NCBI GenBank assembly: GCA_965205505.1
Contig: CBDBHB010000009.1
Coordinates: 1,760,001 to 1,824,000 of the forward strand
Length of the DNA stretch: 64,000 nucleotides
Source of the DNA: Acidobacteriota bacterium
GTDB lineage: Bacteria > Acidobacteriota > UBA890 > WLXD01
Reading direction: 5' to 3'
Below are positions 1 to 10,124 of this stretch, piece after piece (position 1 is the first letter of the stretch; every line of letters begins with the position of its first letter). Below the pieces are notes generated by a model. That model saw only the letters and a list, made by a program, of their open reading frames with translations. It was not told the DNA's origin and did not search any database. Position numbers and translations under genes: made by a program.

Positions 1-16
1 CCTGGTACCCGGTTTC

Positions 17-1444
17 TTACCGGTCGACCTGACGGAGCCAGCGGGCGGCCAGAGAGCCCTGGCGGATGCCGGTAGCCGCGGTCTTGGTGAACGAAACTCC
101 CTCCAGCGCGTCGCCGGCGAGGAAGAGCGCCGGGAGCGAGCCCAAGGCTCGCTCGACACCCTCTTTGATCGCCAGGTGACCGATCTCGTATTGCGGGATC
201 GCATGGGGCCACTGGAAGACGCGGCTGAAGACGGGTGCAGCATCGATGCCGAGGGTCGAGCGGAGCTCCGATCGCGCCAGTGTCACTAACTCCTCCTCGT
301 GCAACTCGCCGATCGCCGGATCGAGGCGTCCGCCGAACATTGCCCTCACCAAGAAGCCTGTCTCGGGGCTACGACCAGGATAGATATGCGATTCCCAGAG
401 GCAGCCCAGCATGCGAATACCCTCGCCCCTCGCCACCAGCACACCGAAACCGGGCGGCAAACGACTCACCGCGGCCAGGTCGAAGCCAAGGCCGACGACG
501 GCGACTGGAGGCACCGGAACGCCTGCGAGCAGGCGTGAAGCCTCCGGCGCCAGATCGGTGAGCAGCCGGGCGGTGACCTGGATCGGGGTGGCCACGATCA
601 CCGCGTCGGCGTCCAGTGCCTCGCCGTGGCGTGTCTGCACTACGTAGCCGCCGCGGCCATCGCGCGACTCGCTCACGCCGGCCGGCTTCCGTTGCAGGCC
701 GCTTACCTGGGTCCCAGTGCGGATTTCGATGCGGGGATCCGCGGCGAGCGCCCGAGGCAGCTGCTGTAGGCCGCGGCGGAAGGAGCTCAGCTTGCGACTG
801 GGCACATCCGTCCTTTCGGACGTCTTGCTCTCCCCATGGCGGCGGAGGCGACGGGCGATGCCACCCCGGATGACCGAGCCGTGCTCGTTCTCGAGGCGGC
901 GCAGCTCCGGAAAGCAGGCGTCGAGCGAGAGTCGGCGGGCGTCACCGGCGAAGATCCCGAGCATGGCCGTGTGCACGACACGCTCGGCGATCTGGCGCCC
1001 GAAGCGGCGGCTGCAGAAATCGAACACGCTTTCCTGGCTGGCGCCATCCGCTCTGCGGATGAACGGTTCGCAGAGCGCGCGCAGTACCCCGCTGGGGCTT
1101 AGCAAGCCGCTACGCAACGGCTTGAAAAGGTTGGGACCGATCTCGTGCAGACGTCCGCCGCGGTAGATGAAGCGTCGCGCGGCAGCCTCGCGCGCCCTGA
1201 CCTGTTGCTGACCGATGCCGGCCGCGCGCACCAGCGCGACGACCGCGGGGTCGGTGTCCAGGTAGCCGCCCGGCCCCGCCTCGACGAGCCAATCGTCTTG
1301 CTCGAGCGATAGCGTGCGGCCGCCCACGACATCCTGTTTCTCGAGCACGGTGACCGCGAGGCCAGGGGCTTCCCTGGCTGCAGCAAAGGCGGCGGCAAGA
1401 CCTGAGATGCCTCCGCCGATCACCACCAAGCGCGGTGGCATCAC
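17..1444 (-). CDS. hemY: protoporphyrinogen/coproporphyrinogen oxidase (HemY type)
   Basis: N-terminal VVIGGGISGL FAD motif, EAGP, GIFAGD, C-terminal AIPQYEIGH; 475 aa. Confidence 0.9.
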   Translation of the reverse strand: MMPPRLVVIGGGISGLAAAFAAAREAPGLAVTVLEKQDVVGGRTLSLEQDDWLVEAGPGGYLDTDPAVVALVRAAGIGQQQVRAREAAARRFIYRGGRLHEIGPNLFKPLRSGLLSPSGVLRALCEPFIRRADGASQESVFDFCSRRFGRQIAERVVHTAMLGIFAGDARRLSLDACFPELRRLENEHGSVIRGGIARRLRRHGESKTSERTDVPSRKLSSFRRGLQQLPRALAADPRIEIRTGTQVSGLQRKPAGVSESRDGRGGYVVQTRHGEALDADAVIVATPIQVTARLLTDLAPEASRLLAGVPVPPVAVVGLGFDLAAVSRLPPGFGVLVARGEGIRMLGCLWESHIYPGRSPETGFLVRAMFGGRLDPAIGELHEEELVTLARSELRSTLGIDAAPVFSRVFQWPHAIPQYEIGHLAIKEGVERALGSLPALFLAGDALEGVSFTKTAATGIRQGSLAARWLRQVDR

Positions 1445-1500
1445 ACCGTCCGGCTGGAAACCGGCGCCTCCTGCTGTGCAAACTTCTGGCGCCAGTAGCG
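1441..1500 (-). pseudogene. orphan 3' end of an upstream heme gene, probably hemN-like
   Basis: RYWRQKFAQQEAPVSSRTV-stop overlaps the hemY start (GTGA coupling) and resembles the HemN C-terminus (..FSRTV); the rest of the gene is absent. Confidence 0.4.
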
Positions 1501-1624
1501 GGCAGGCTCAATGAGGGTCTTCGTAGGCGTTGTGAGCATGTCGTTCGACAGTACCTTCTTGCGTTCACCGAGCGGGTACAATATAACCATTGTGGTTACA
1601 ACCGATTCGGTTAGATAGATAGAG

Positions 1625-1978
1625 ATGAGCAAGAAAAGACGGACCGCGACCAGCGCCAGGCGGCGATCATTGAAGCGTCGTGAGTTCATGATGCTTCTCG
1701 TGTTGGCTCAGGGCATGCGCCACGGGTACGCGCTCAAGCAGGAGCTGCAGCGTCGAACTGATGGTGATCTCGATCTGGGGCCCGGCACGCTGTATCGCAC
1801 GATCCGTACGCTCGAAGAGGCCGAGCTCATCCGCGAATCGTCGGAGCGGCCCGAGGACGACGACCCGCGGCGTCGCTACTACGCGATCACCGCGCTCGGG
1901 CGCGATGTTGCTGCCGCCGAGGCGCGCCGCCTCGAGCAGCTGGTTGGCGAGGCGCGCGCCGAGCACCTCATTCCGTGA
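1625..1978 (+). CDS. PadR-family transcriptional regulator
   Basis: RHGYALKQE, LGPGTLYRTIRTL, RRRYYAIT.LGR. Confidence 0.9.
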   Translation: MSKKRRTATSARRRSLKRREFMMLLVLAQGMRHGYALKQELQRRTDGDLDLGPGTLYRTIRTLEEAELIRESSERPEDDDPRRRYYAITALGRDVAAAEARRLEQLVGEARAEHLIP

Positions 1979-2000
1979 TGGGCTAGCAGGCCGGCTAAAG

Positions 2001-2170
2001 ATGGAGCCGCCAGCAACTCCGACACGCCCACTGCGCGTCTATCGCGCCGTGCTCGTCGTTTATCCCGGCGCATTCCGCCGCCGGTACGCGGCGCAGATGG
2101 AGGCTGCCTTCATGGCTGATCTGCACGCCGCTCGCGCCGCCGGACGTTCGGTGCTCGGCTTTTGGCCGGC
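2001..2170 (+). pseudogene. 5' fragment of a PadR-associated ABC permease
   Basis: LRVYRAVLVVYPGAFRRRYAAQMEAAF is typical of N-termini of permeases that follow PadR; similarity stops after about 55 aa. Confidence 0.55.
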
Positions 2171-2261
2171 AATCCACAGAAGGTCCAGCGGTTCGCTCCC
2201 GACTGGGCGGCAGCGCTTCGCCGGATGCTCGATTTCAGCGCGGAGACTCTGATCCCAGGAC

Positions 2262-2501
2262 ATGGTCCGGTCGTCTCCGGCGCGGCTCTTGTCGCGGGCC
2301 GATACGCTCATTGCGGAAGATGACTTGCCTCTCGCCACACACTTGATCGAACTGGCCGTTGCCGCCGACCCCGAGGACAACGACCTGCATGGTTTGCGCG
2401 CCGCCATATATGAGAAGCGTGCTGTGGCGGAGTCGTCCCTGATGGCCAAAGGCATCTTCATGACCGCCCAGCGTGAATCCGAAGGCTGCGTCAAGGCTTG
2501 A
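2262..2501 (+). pseudogene. 3' fragment of an alkyl-sulfatase dimerization-domain protein
   Basis: LATHLIELAVAADP..RAAIYEKRA..ESSLMAKGIF; no N-terminal metallo-beta-lactamase part. Confidence 0.55.
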
Positions 2502-2672
2502 CGAGGCTCCCCGCTCCGCCCCCTTTCCACATCACGTATGCGATCATCTCGATCGCAATCAGCGCCGATCCGATCGGTACGATAGGCCCCTCGCGGGCAG
2601 GTCCGCCGTCGGCGCCAGCCTGCAGGAACCAAGCAGCGCCAAGCGTGCGGGCTGTTAAGGGGAGGCAACCTA

Positions 2673-3143
2673 TTGGATACGCTATTAGTTTTTGTTCTGC
2701 AGTTCGCCCTGAGCGTTCTTGTCTACGCTCTCATAGCGAAGTGGTATGTGACGCCATGGCTCGCGGAGACACCAACCCATCAGGCGCTGATGGTGCTGAT
2801 CCTTCCCCACGCGTTTCGGCATGTGGGGCTGGCGTTCTTGGTCCCAGGGTTGGTCGCCCAGCCCCTGCCGAGCTCTTTCGCCACCCCAGCTGCCTACGGG
2901 GACTTCGTCACCGGCCTGCTCGCACTGCTGTCACTGGTGGCTCTGCGAGGACGTTGGGGCCTGGCGCTCCCGTTGGTTTGGCTCTTCAACACTATCGGCA
3001 CGGTCGACCTTCTAAACGCACTCCGCCAAGCGGAGGCGGTACCGTACTTGCTGACCACTTGGTACATCCCGACATTTCTGGTCCCACTGCTGCTGGTGAC
3101 TCACTTCATGATCTTTACCCGCCTGATCAGACGCGGGACGTGA
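2673..3143 (+). CDS. hypothetical membrane protein
   Basis: GGAGG RBS, TTG start, several hydrophobic helices, PHAFRHVGL motif. Confidence 0.75.
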   Translation: MDTLLVFVLQFALSVLVYALIAKWYVTPWLAETPTHQALMVLILPHAFRHVGLAFLVPGLVAQPLPSSFATPAAYGDFVTGLLALLSLVALRGRWGLALPLVWLFNTIGTVDLLNALRQAEAVPYLLTTWYIPTFLVPLLLVTHFMIFTRLIRRGT

Positions 3144-3150
3144 GGGGTCG

Positions 3151-3555
3151 ATGAGAGCGATGTTCAATTTCCTACTGGCCATGCTGAGAATGCGCAAGCC
3201 TGCGGTGGCCTGGATCATGCTGCTGATGCTCGTCAACATGGTCATTCCTCTCTTCTACCTGGGGACTCCGGAAGGTAGGACAGTCTTGGGAGCCTTCGTG
3301 TTTGGGGCACTCCTTCAAGGGTGGATTTTCTCTGCGAAGGGTTTCGTTCGCCTGCTGGGGATTGGACACATCGTCTGGGTCCCGATGGTGGTCTGGCTGT
3401 GGGCACGGCTGGAGGTCGCCCCTGCCAGCGGTTTCTTCAGGTACTGGCTGCTCGCGACCATCGCGTTGGTGAGCCTGTCTCTCCTTATCGACGCCGTCGA
3501 CATCACGCGCTATCTGAGAGGTGAGCGGGACCCTTATGTCGAGATTCCGGCCTGA
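3151..3555 (+). CDS. hypothetical membrane protein
   Basis: about 4 TM segments, GFVRLLGIGH motif, closely follows the upstream gene. Confidence 0.75.
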   Translation: MRAMFNFLLAMLRMRKPAVAWIMLLMLVNMVIPLFYLGTPEGRTVLGAFVFGALLQGWIFSAKGFVRLLGIGHIVWVPMVVWLWARLEVAPASGFFRYWLLATIALVSLSLLIDAVDITRYLRGERDPYVEIPA

Positions 3556-3807
3556 CACCAAGATATCCCGCTCGGAATGATGCCCTGGACGAGGCGCAAT
3601 CAAGGTCCCGGGCTCATGGGCCACCGATCTACGGCGCGATCTTGGACGGCGCATACGCCAGGCACAGCCGCACTTCCGCGGCCTGAAGTAGGGTGCCCAC
3701 GGCGGCCCCGAGGACATGCTGTGACTAACGGGCAATGACTAAGCCACGCCGAGCACCCCTCGCTGGCAACACGCGAATCGTGGCTCAACGACCAAGGAAG
3801 CTGCACT

Positions 3808-4269
3808 ATGGCCAACATCACCGCTCTACTCGGCGAAGGCACCCAGGTAGAACTACAGGCTCGTGAATTTACCTGGCGGGGGGATGAGCCCGCCGCCGCT
3901 GGTGGCACGGACACCGGACCAACGCCCTACGAGATTCTGCTTGGCAGCCTGGCGGCATGTATTGCCATCACACTCAGGCTCTACGCGAACCACAAAGGGA
4001 TCGACCTCGTTGGGGTCGACGTCAGGCTCGAGTTCGATCGGGTGCATGCCGACGATTGCGCGGACTGCGACTCGCGGAAGGACGGCTGGATCGACCGCAT
4101 CCGAAGCCAGGTGACGATTCAAGGCACCTTCGACGATGCGCAGCGAACCCGGCTTGCGCAGGTGGCCGCGCGCTGCCCGGTGCACAAGACCCTGGCTAAC
4201 GGGGTAGAGATCGTCGATTCGGTAGCGTTCGAGGGCGCGCTGGAGCGAGGGGCAAGTTCTCTTGGTTGA
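3808..4269 (+). CDS. OsmC/YhfA-family protein
   Basis: DEP..GGTDTGPTPYEILLGSLAAC, RCPVHKTL. Confidence 0.9.
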   Translation: MANITALLGEGTQVELQAREFTWRGDEPAAAGGTDTGPTPYEILLGSLAACIAITLRLYANHKGIDLVGVDVRLEFDRVHADDCADCDSRKDGWIDRIRSQVTIQGTFDDAQRTRLAQVAARCPVHKTLANGVEIVDSVAFEGALERGASSLG

Positions 4270-4331
4270 GTTGACAGTGCGTGTCAGAGGGATCAACACA
4301 AATAGTCGGACCCAAGGAACAGGAGCGTATC

Positions 4332-5147
4332 GTGTCCAAAGAGAGTCTGAATGCCGTAGTGACCCAGAGGATCGAGATGTCACCCGAACTGGTTCTGTTC
4401 CGGGTGGCTCCGGATGGCTGGGAGTTGCCGTTGTTCGAGGCCGGACAGTTCGCTGTCCTTGGGCTGCCGGGGAAGTCGGCACGCATCATCTGGTCGGATC
4501 CGGAAGAGAAGCCGCCTGAACCAGAGCGGCTGATTCGTCGAGCCTATTCGCTTGCTTCTTCATCGGCGTCGAGCGAATACCTGGAGTTCTACATTATGAT
4601 CGTCCGTTCCGGACGGCTGACTCCCAGGTTGTTTTCGCTGGAGCAAAGAGATCGCGTTTGGCTGGGGCAGAAAATTGCCGGGATGTTCACCCTGGAGGAT
4701 GTGCCAGAGGACAAAAACATCGTGCTGATCTCCACTGGGACGGGATTGGCACCTTATGTCAGCATGCTGCGTAGCCATCTGGTTTGTGGAAGCCAGCAGC
4801 GCTTCGCGGTGCTTCACGGAGCTCGACACTCCTGGGACCTGGGATACCGGGCAGAGCTCAGCACCATGCACCGGCTCTGCGACAACTTTGACTACTTCCC
4901 TTTGGTCAGTCGTCCGGATGAAGAGCCGGTGCCGTGGCAGGGCGCGACGGGATACGTCCAGGACCTCTGGACCGGAGGGGTCCTTGAAGAGGCCTGGAAC
5001 AGCCGGCCGACACGAGCCGACGCTCACGTGTTCCTCTGCGGAAACCCACGAATGTGCGAGCAAATGGTCACACAGTTGAAGACAGAGGGATTTAGGGAGC
5101 ACACCCGTAAAGAGGCGGGCGAGATTCACGTCGAGCGCTATTGGTAG
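4332..5147 (+). CDS. fpr: ferredoxin/flavodoxin-NADP+ reductase
   Basis: RAYS, STGTGLAPY, FLCGNP, C-terminal ERYW; AGGAG RBS before the GTG at 4332. Confidence 0.85.
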   Translation: MSKESLNAVVTQRIEMSPELVLFRVAPDGWELPLFEAGQFAVLGLPGKSARIIWSDPEEKPPEPERLIRRAYSLASSSASSEYLEFYIMIVRSGRLTPRLFSLEQRDRVWLGQKIAGMFTLEDVPEDKNIVLISTGTGLAPYVSMLRSHLVCGSQQRFAVLHGARHSWDLGYRAELSTMHRLCDNFDYFPLVSRPDEEPVPWQGATGYVQDLWTGGVLEEAWNSRPTRADAHVFLCGNPRMCEQMVTQLKTEGFREHTRKEAGEIHVERYW

Positions 5148-5278
5148 AAAAACGTTGTTTTGCGCTGCGCAGGAGCCGCGATGTCTCAACCTAACGCCAA
5201 ATCGGCGAGAAACGCTCGATTCACGAACGTTGAGTCCTTTGTCCTGCGGGCATTTCCCGTCCAGCCAAGAGGCCTTAC

Positions 5279-6718
5279 ATGAGTGAGCACTTCCCGTTGA
5301 TGGTTCCGGGAGCGAGCCCTGATGAGCGTCCGCTCGACGTAGTGGCCCCCTACGACGGCAGCCACCTCGCGACAGCGGACACGGCGGGGAGCGAGGCCGT
5401 CACCAGCGCGCTGGCCACAGCGCACGGTCTGTTCCGGAACCGCGCCGCCTGGCTCACCCCGGCACGCCGGATCGAGGTCCTGCGCAAGGCGGCGACGCTC
5501 ATGCAGCAGCAGGCGGAGCATCTCGCGGTGGAGGCGGCGCGCGAGGGAGGTAAGCCGCTCGTCGATTCCCGCGTCGAGGTGCACCGCGCCGTCGACGGAG
5601 TGAACAACTGCGTCGAGGAGCTGCGGAGCAACGCTGGCCGCGAGATGCCGATGCGACTCAACGCCGCGTCGCTGGGCCGCCTGGCGTTCACTCGTCATGA
5701 GCCCATCGGAGTTGTGGTCGCCGTGAGCGCGTTCAACCACCCGCTCAACCTCATCGTGCATCAGGTGGGCCCCGCCGTGGCCGCCGGCTGCCCGGTTATC
5801 GTCAAGCCGGCCGAGGACACGCCTCTGTCCTGCTTCCGCTTCGTTGCGATCCTGCGCGAGGCGGGTCTGCCCGAGGAGTGGTGCCAGGCGTTGGTGGTGA
5901 ACGACCTGGATGTTGCGACCCAGCTCGTTACCGATGAACGGGTGGGGTTCTTCAGCTTCATCGGCAGCGCCCGCGTCGGCTGGATGCTGCGCTCCAAGCT
6001 CGCCCCGGGCACGAGGTGTGCGCTCGAGCACGGCGGTGCAGCGCCGGTCATCGTCGCCGCCGATGCGGATCTCGACGACGCGCTGCCGCTGCTTGCCAAG
6101 GGTGGGCTCTACCACGCCGGGCAGGTTTGCGTGTCGGTGCAACGGGTGTTCGTTCACCGGTCGATCGCACGTGACGTTGTCGATGGGCTGGTCGCGCTGG
6201 CGGAGCAACAGCGCGTCGGTGACCCCACGGTTGAGGAAACGGAGGTCGGCCCGTTGATCCGCCACCGCGAGGTCGATCGCATAGAGCGCTGGGTGCAGGC
6301 GGCGGTAGACGGCGGTGCCGAGCTGTGCACGGGCGGCCGCCGTCTGACCCGCTCCTGCTATGCGCCGACGATCTTGCTCGAGCCGCCGGCCGATTCCGAC
6401 GTCAGCACCCAGGAGATCTTCGGTCCCATCATCTGCGTGTACGCGTACGATGAGCTGGGCGAGGCCATCGAGCGCGCCAACTCGCTGCGCTTCGCATTTC
6501 AGGCGGCGGTATTCACGCACGACCTGGACACGGCGCTAAACGCATCCGCCCGCCTCGACGCGTCGGCGGTGATGGTGAACGATCACACGGCGTTTCGCGT
6601 CGACTGGATGCCCTTCGCCGGCCTGCGCGAGTCGGGCTTGGGTGTGGGAGGCATCCCCCATACCTTTCGCGACATGCAGATCGAGAAGCTGACCGTCATT
6701 CGCTCGCCGGAGCTCTAG
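5279..6718 (+). CDS. aldehyde dehydrogenase family protein
   Basis: AFNHPLNL, FIGS, LEHGG, GQVC, EIFGP, PFAG. Confidence 0.92.
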   Translation: MSEHFPLMVPGASPDERPLDVVAPYDGSHLATADTAGSEAVTSALATAHGLFRNRAAWLTPARRIEVLRKAATLMQQQAEHLAVEAAREGGKPLVDSRVEVHRAVDGVNNCVEELRSNAGREMPMRLNAASLGRLAFTRHEPIGVVVAVSAFNHPLNLIVHQVGPAVAAGCPVIVKPAEDTPLSCFRFVAILREAGLPEEWCQALVVNDLDVATQLVTDERVGFFSFIGSARVGWMLRSKLAPGTRCALEHGGAAPVIVAADADLDDALPLLAKGGLYHAGQVCVSVQRVFVHRSIARDVVDGLVALAEQQRVGDPTVEETEVGPLIRHREVDRIERWVQAAVDGGAELCTGGRRLTRSCYAPTILLEPPADSDVSTQEIFGPIICVYAYDELGEAIERANSLRFAFQAAVFTHDLDTALNASARLDASAVMVNDHTAFRVDWMPFAGLRESGLGVGGIPHTFRDMQIEKLTVIRSPEL

Positions 6719-6962
6719 ATGGCCCTGATGGCTTGGCAGGAAGCCACCGCTCCCTGAGAACGCGCTCTCCGGCTGCCGGACTCGTCAAGCGGAAAGCTCG
6801 GGCGGTTAGGTTGACAGTGCCCCCCGGGGGGCGCGCCGGGTAACCAAACCGCGATACGTGAACAAGTTACTGGTAGAAGCCGAGAGCCGGAGCCTAGCGA
6901 CCTCGCTCGGCCACCGTCTACCAGTGATCCCTTCGCCCTACGGCGACCGCAGGAGTTACGAC

Positions 6963-7604
6963 ATGAGAGTTCTATCCGCAACCGCGCTGACGCTTGCATT
7001 GATCCTTACGCTGCCGACGAGGGCGCCGGCAGCCGACCGCGACGAGTACCCGACCACGGGCGCTGCAGCGATGGCGTACTACGAAAGCGACGCCGATGGC
7101 TGGCTGGACGGACCGGTCGAGTACCTGATCCTGGACGAGGAGCGTGACGCGTGGAACGAATTGGTGGCAACGGACCAACGCGCCTCCTTCATTGCCCGCT
7201 TCTGGGAGCTTCGTGACAACGATCAGAACCTGTTCAGGGATGCGTTTTACGAGCGTGTTGCTTACGCCAACACCCACTACCGGGACACGCCGTGGCGCGG
7301 CTGGAGATCCGACCGCGGGCGCATCGCAGTGACGCTCGGGCTGCCCGATCGCGTGCGGCCCATTGGTTCTGGCACTGGGGTCGTCTGGACCTACTTCACG
7401 TTCGGTGCGCACGCTGAGGGCAAGGGTTTCAGCAGCGTCACCGGGAGGGTGGAGATCGCGTTCGTGTCGCGGCTTAGCAGACGCAACAACTACAGGATCT
7501 CCGGGCCACAGGGCACCGGGATCTACCCAGCCTACGTGCTGTATGCGCTCGACTGGAGTCGACAGGCTGCGGTCGGGGGGTCAAGCAGGCGGCCCGTCTC
7601 TTGA
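6963..7604 (+). CDS. GWxTD domain-containing exported protein
   Basis: signal peptide, FIARFW..RD, ERVAYAN, GWRSDRGRIAVTLGLPD. Confidence 0.8.
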   Translation: MRVLSATALTLALILTLPTRAPAADRDEYPTTGAAAMAYYESDADGWLDGPVEYLILDEERDAWNELVATDQRASFIARFWELRDNDQNLFRDAFYERVAYANTHYRDTPWRGWRSDRGRIAVTLGLPDRVRPIGSGTGVVWTYFTFGAHAEGKGFSSVTGRVEIAFVSRLSRRNNYRISGPQGTGIYPAYVLYALDWSRQAAVGGSSRRPVS

Positions 7605-7798
7605 GCTGATCAGAACCTGAAAGTTGAAGAGATGCTCGCGTGGTGGTCGTGCGAAAGGTGTAAAAAGCCGTGTGGCCCAATCGCGGACTGCTCGATCTTG
7701 CTGGGCCGAGATAGGGGCAAGCTCAAGGCGCGATGAGAATGGCGATCCTCGCCGATCGTCGACGAATCGCAACGCTGAGATTGCCCCTATCGTCCCAG

Positions 7799-8783
7799 TC
7801 AGGTAAGCACAACGATCTTTCCGCCAGCTGCGTTGTCTTCCATGCAGCGGTGCGCCCCCACGATGTCGTCGAGCTGAAAGACTCGTCCGATCCTAGGCGT
7901 CATCCGACCCCCCTCTACGTCGTTCACAACCGTCTGTAGGGGTGTGTCGATGAAGTCCTGGGCGCCGCCCGCATAAGTGGTCAGGCTCACCGTGGACGGA
8001 ATCGCGCCCATCGGACTGAATTGCTCGAGCTCCCAGGCGTTGCCGACCATGCCGGTCATGCACACGGAGCCGCAACGCGCAGCGCACCGCAGCGAGTCGA
8101 GTAGCGTGGTGGTTCCGACGAGCTCCAGCACCTTGTCCACACCGTCGGGGAAGACCCCGTGTACATCGTCGACGATCTCACCGCTGTCGATAAACACGTG
8201 ATCCGCGCCGTTGGCCTCCAGCATGGCTCGACGATCAGCTTTTCTGGTCGTCGCGGCGACGGTCGCGCCTTGCTGTCTGGCCAGCACCGCGGCGGCCAAG
8301 CCCACCGACGTGGTGCCACCGCGAATCAGCAAGCTCTGACCAGCTTGCAGCCGCAAGGCACTGTTAAGCGAGCCCCAGGCGGTCTGGATCATCTCCGGCA
8401 ATGCACCCAGCGTTTGCCAATCCAAGGTCGTGTCGATTGTTTGTACCTGCACGGCAGGCACGCAGGTGTACTCGGCGTAGCCGCCATCGAACTGCCGACC
8501 CATGCCTCCCATCGCGGTGGCCACGGTTTGCCCGGGTTCGAACTCGCCGCCCGGCGCTGTCCTCCACAATTCCCACCGCCTCAATGCCAAGCACACGGGG
8601 CAACGTCACCCCCGGTGAGTGACCCTGCCGGGTGAAAAGCTCGGAGCGGTTGAGCCCGAACGCTTTTACTCGGATGAGGACCCACCCGGGCGCTGGCTGA
8701 GGAACCGTCAGTTCCTCGACCACCAGCACCTCGGGCGCGCCTGGCTCGCGTAAGACCACTGCTTTCATTGTCTTCGTGGTCAT
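7799..8783 (-). pseudogene. zinc-binding ADH/quinone oxidoreductase family, frameshifted near 8555
   Basis: N-half in ORF 8364-8783 (VKAFGLNRSE..LGIEAVG) and C-half in ORF 7799-8596 (IRGGTTSVG); may be a sequencing indel. Confidence 0.8.
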
Positions 8784-8813
8784 GGTCCCGCCCTCATGCC
8801 GGGGCTGTACCGC

Positions 8814-9280
8814 TCAGTGCGGCGGGGTGGTGGTGGAGAAGCTGTAGCGCACGATCCGCCACTCGCCATCGGCGGCTTTGTGGAACACGAACAGCTCCTG
8901 ATTGGCTTCGGAGACTTTCTCACCCGTGGCGTTGATCGTGGTCGTGCCGGCGGAGTTGGTTCGTGCAAACGCCCAGTCATCGGCGACCACTTCGATGTCG
9001 ACGATCTTGAGCTCGACGTCGAGGTCGATAGCCTCGAAGACGGCTTCGTAGGTGGCTTCGATCGCGTCGATGCCAACCGCCGAGGGTTGTGCTGAGGCAT
9101 GAAGACACCGTCTTCGGCGTAGAGGTTCGCGATGCCGGCAACGTCGCCGGCATTGAGCAGATGCTCGTAGGCTTCCAGCACGGCATGGATGGTCTCTCGC
9201 TCCGAAACGGCGTATGCGCTCGACAGCGAGCCGAGAGCCAGGATGGTCGCTGCCATCGTTTGGATCAGTCGGTTTTTCAT
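8814..9280 (-). pseudogene. exported SnoaL/DUF4440 (YybH-like) protein, frameshifted near 9085
   Basis: signal peptide plus LYAEDGVFMP in one frame, DWAFARTNSAG..NQELFV in another. Confidence 0.75.
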
Positions 9281-9418
9281 GATCTCTGTTAACAGGAGCG
9301 TTGCAGAAGGGTACTGTCAAGTTGACTCGAATTCGGCGAGAAACGCTTGATCGATGCCCCCAAGTCCCTCGTCAGGCCCGCAGCCACGATAGTTTGCAGA
9401 GCAACAAGGGAGGGAGCG

Positions 9419-10054
9419 ATGGAACATCTGGATGTCGACAAGCTGCGGGAGGAGTTCAACGACACCAGCGCGTCAGTCAGGATCGTCGCCGTCTTTTCAC
9501 CCACATGACCAGTGTGCCAATACGGACAAGGTGTTGTCCGAAGAATCTTCGAGGAATTCAGTGTCGACAATCTGAAGGGTTTTGCTGTATGGCTCCCGAT
9601 GATGCGGAACGACAGCGTTGAGCGGGCCCGCGTCGAGGCGGCACCCTTCGAAGGCCTGCAGGTGGTCCATGCGTGGGACCCGGAGCGCCAGCTCGGTCGT
9701 TTGTTCACAAAGACCCTGAAACTTCGCTCCACGGTGTGGGATTTCTATTTTCTATACGCATCAGGAGCACGGTGGGAGGGAAGCGAGCCTCCCCAACCGG
9801 ATTTCTGGATGCATCAGCTTCCCTCGGCGTCCGGAGCGGATCGGGACCTTGTCCTGTACCCCACGAGATTCTCGCGGGAGTTGCTCGCGCTACTTGGCAG
9901 CGGAGTCGAGCCAAGCCATACGAGCCGTGACGACCTCGGCCTTGACCTCCACTGGGACGGTCTTCTGAATCTGACCAGGGAAAGGGGTGAATACACTCTC
10001 CGAGATGTCAGCGATGCCTTCGAGGACTCGAAGACCGAGAGGCGGCAGATATGA
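9419..10054 (+). CDS. probable selenoprotein, thioredoxin-like fold with a UxxC motif (Sec TGA 9506-9508)
   Basis: GGGAG RBS and ATG 9419; MEHLDVDKLREEFND..RIVAVFSPT-TGA-PVC continues in frame into ORF 9512-10054; SECIS-like hairpin follows. Confidence 0.8.
9523..9540 (+). promoter_or_regulatory. putative bacterial SECIS hairpin
   Basis: CGGACAA-GGTG-TTGTCCG, perfect 7-bp stem with a G-starting loop 21 nt after the TGA. Confidence 0.7.
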
Positions 10055-10124
10055 CCCGGACCTAGCAGAGTTCTTCAGCACTAGTAGCTAGGAGTTAGTG
10101 CAGCGGGAGCGTGGAGGGAGGCTC

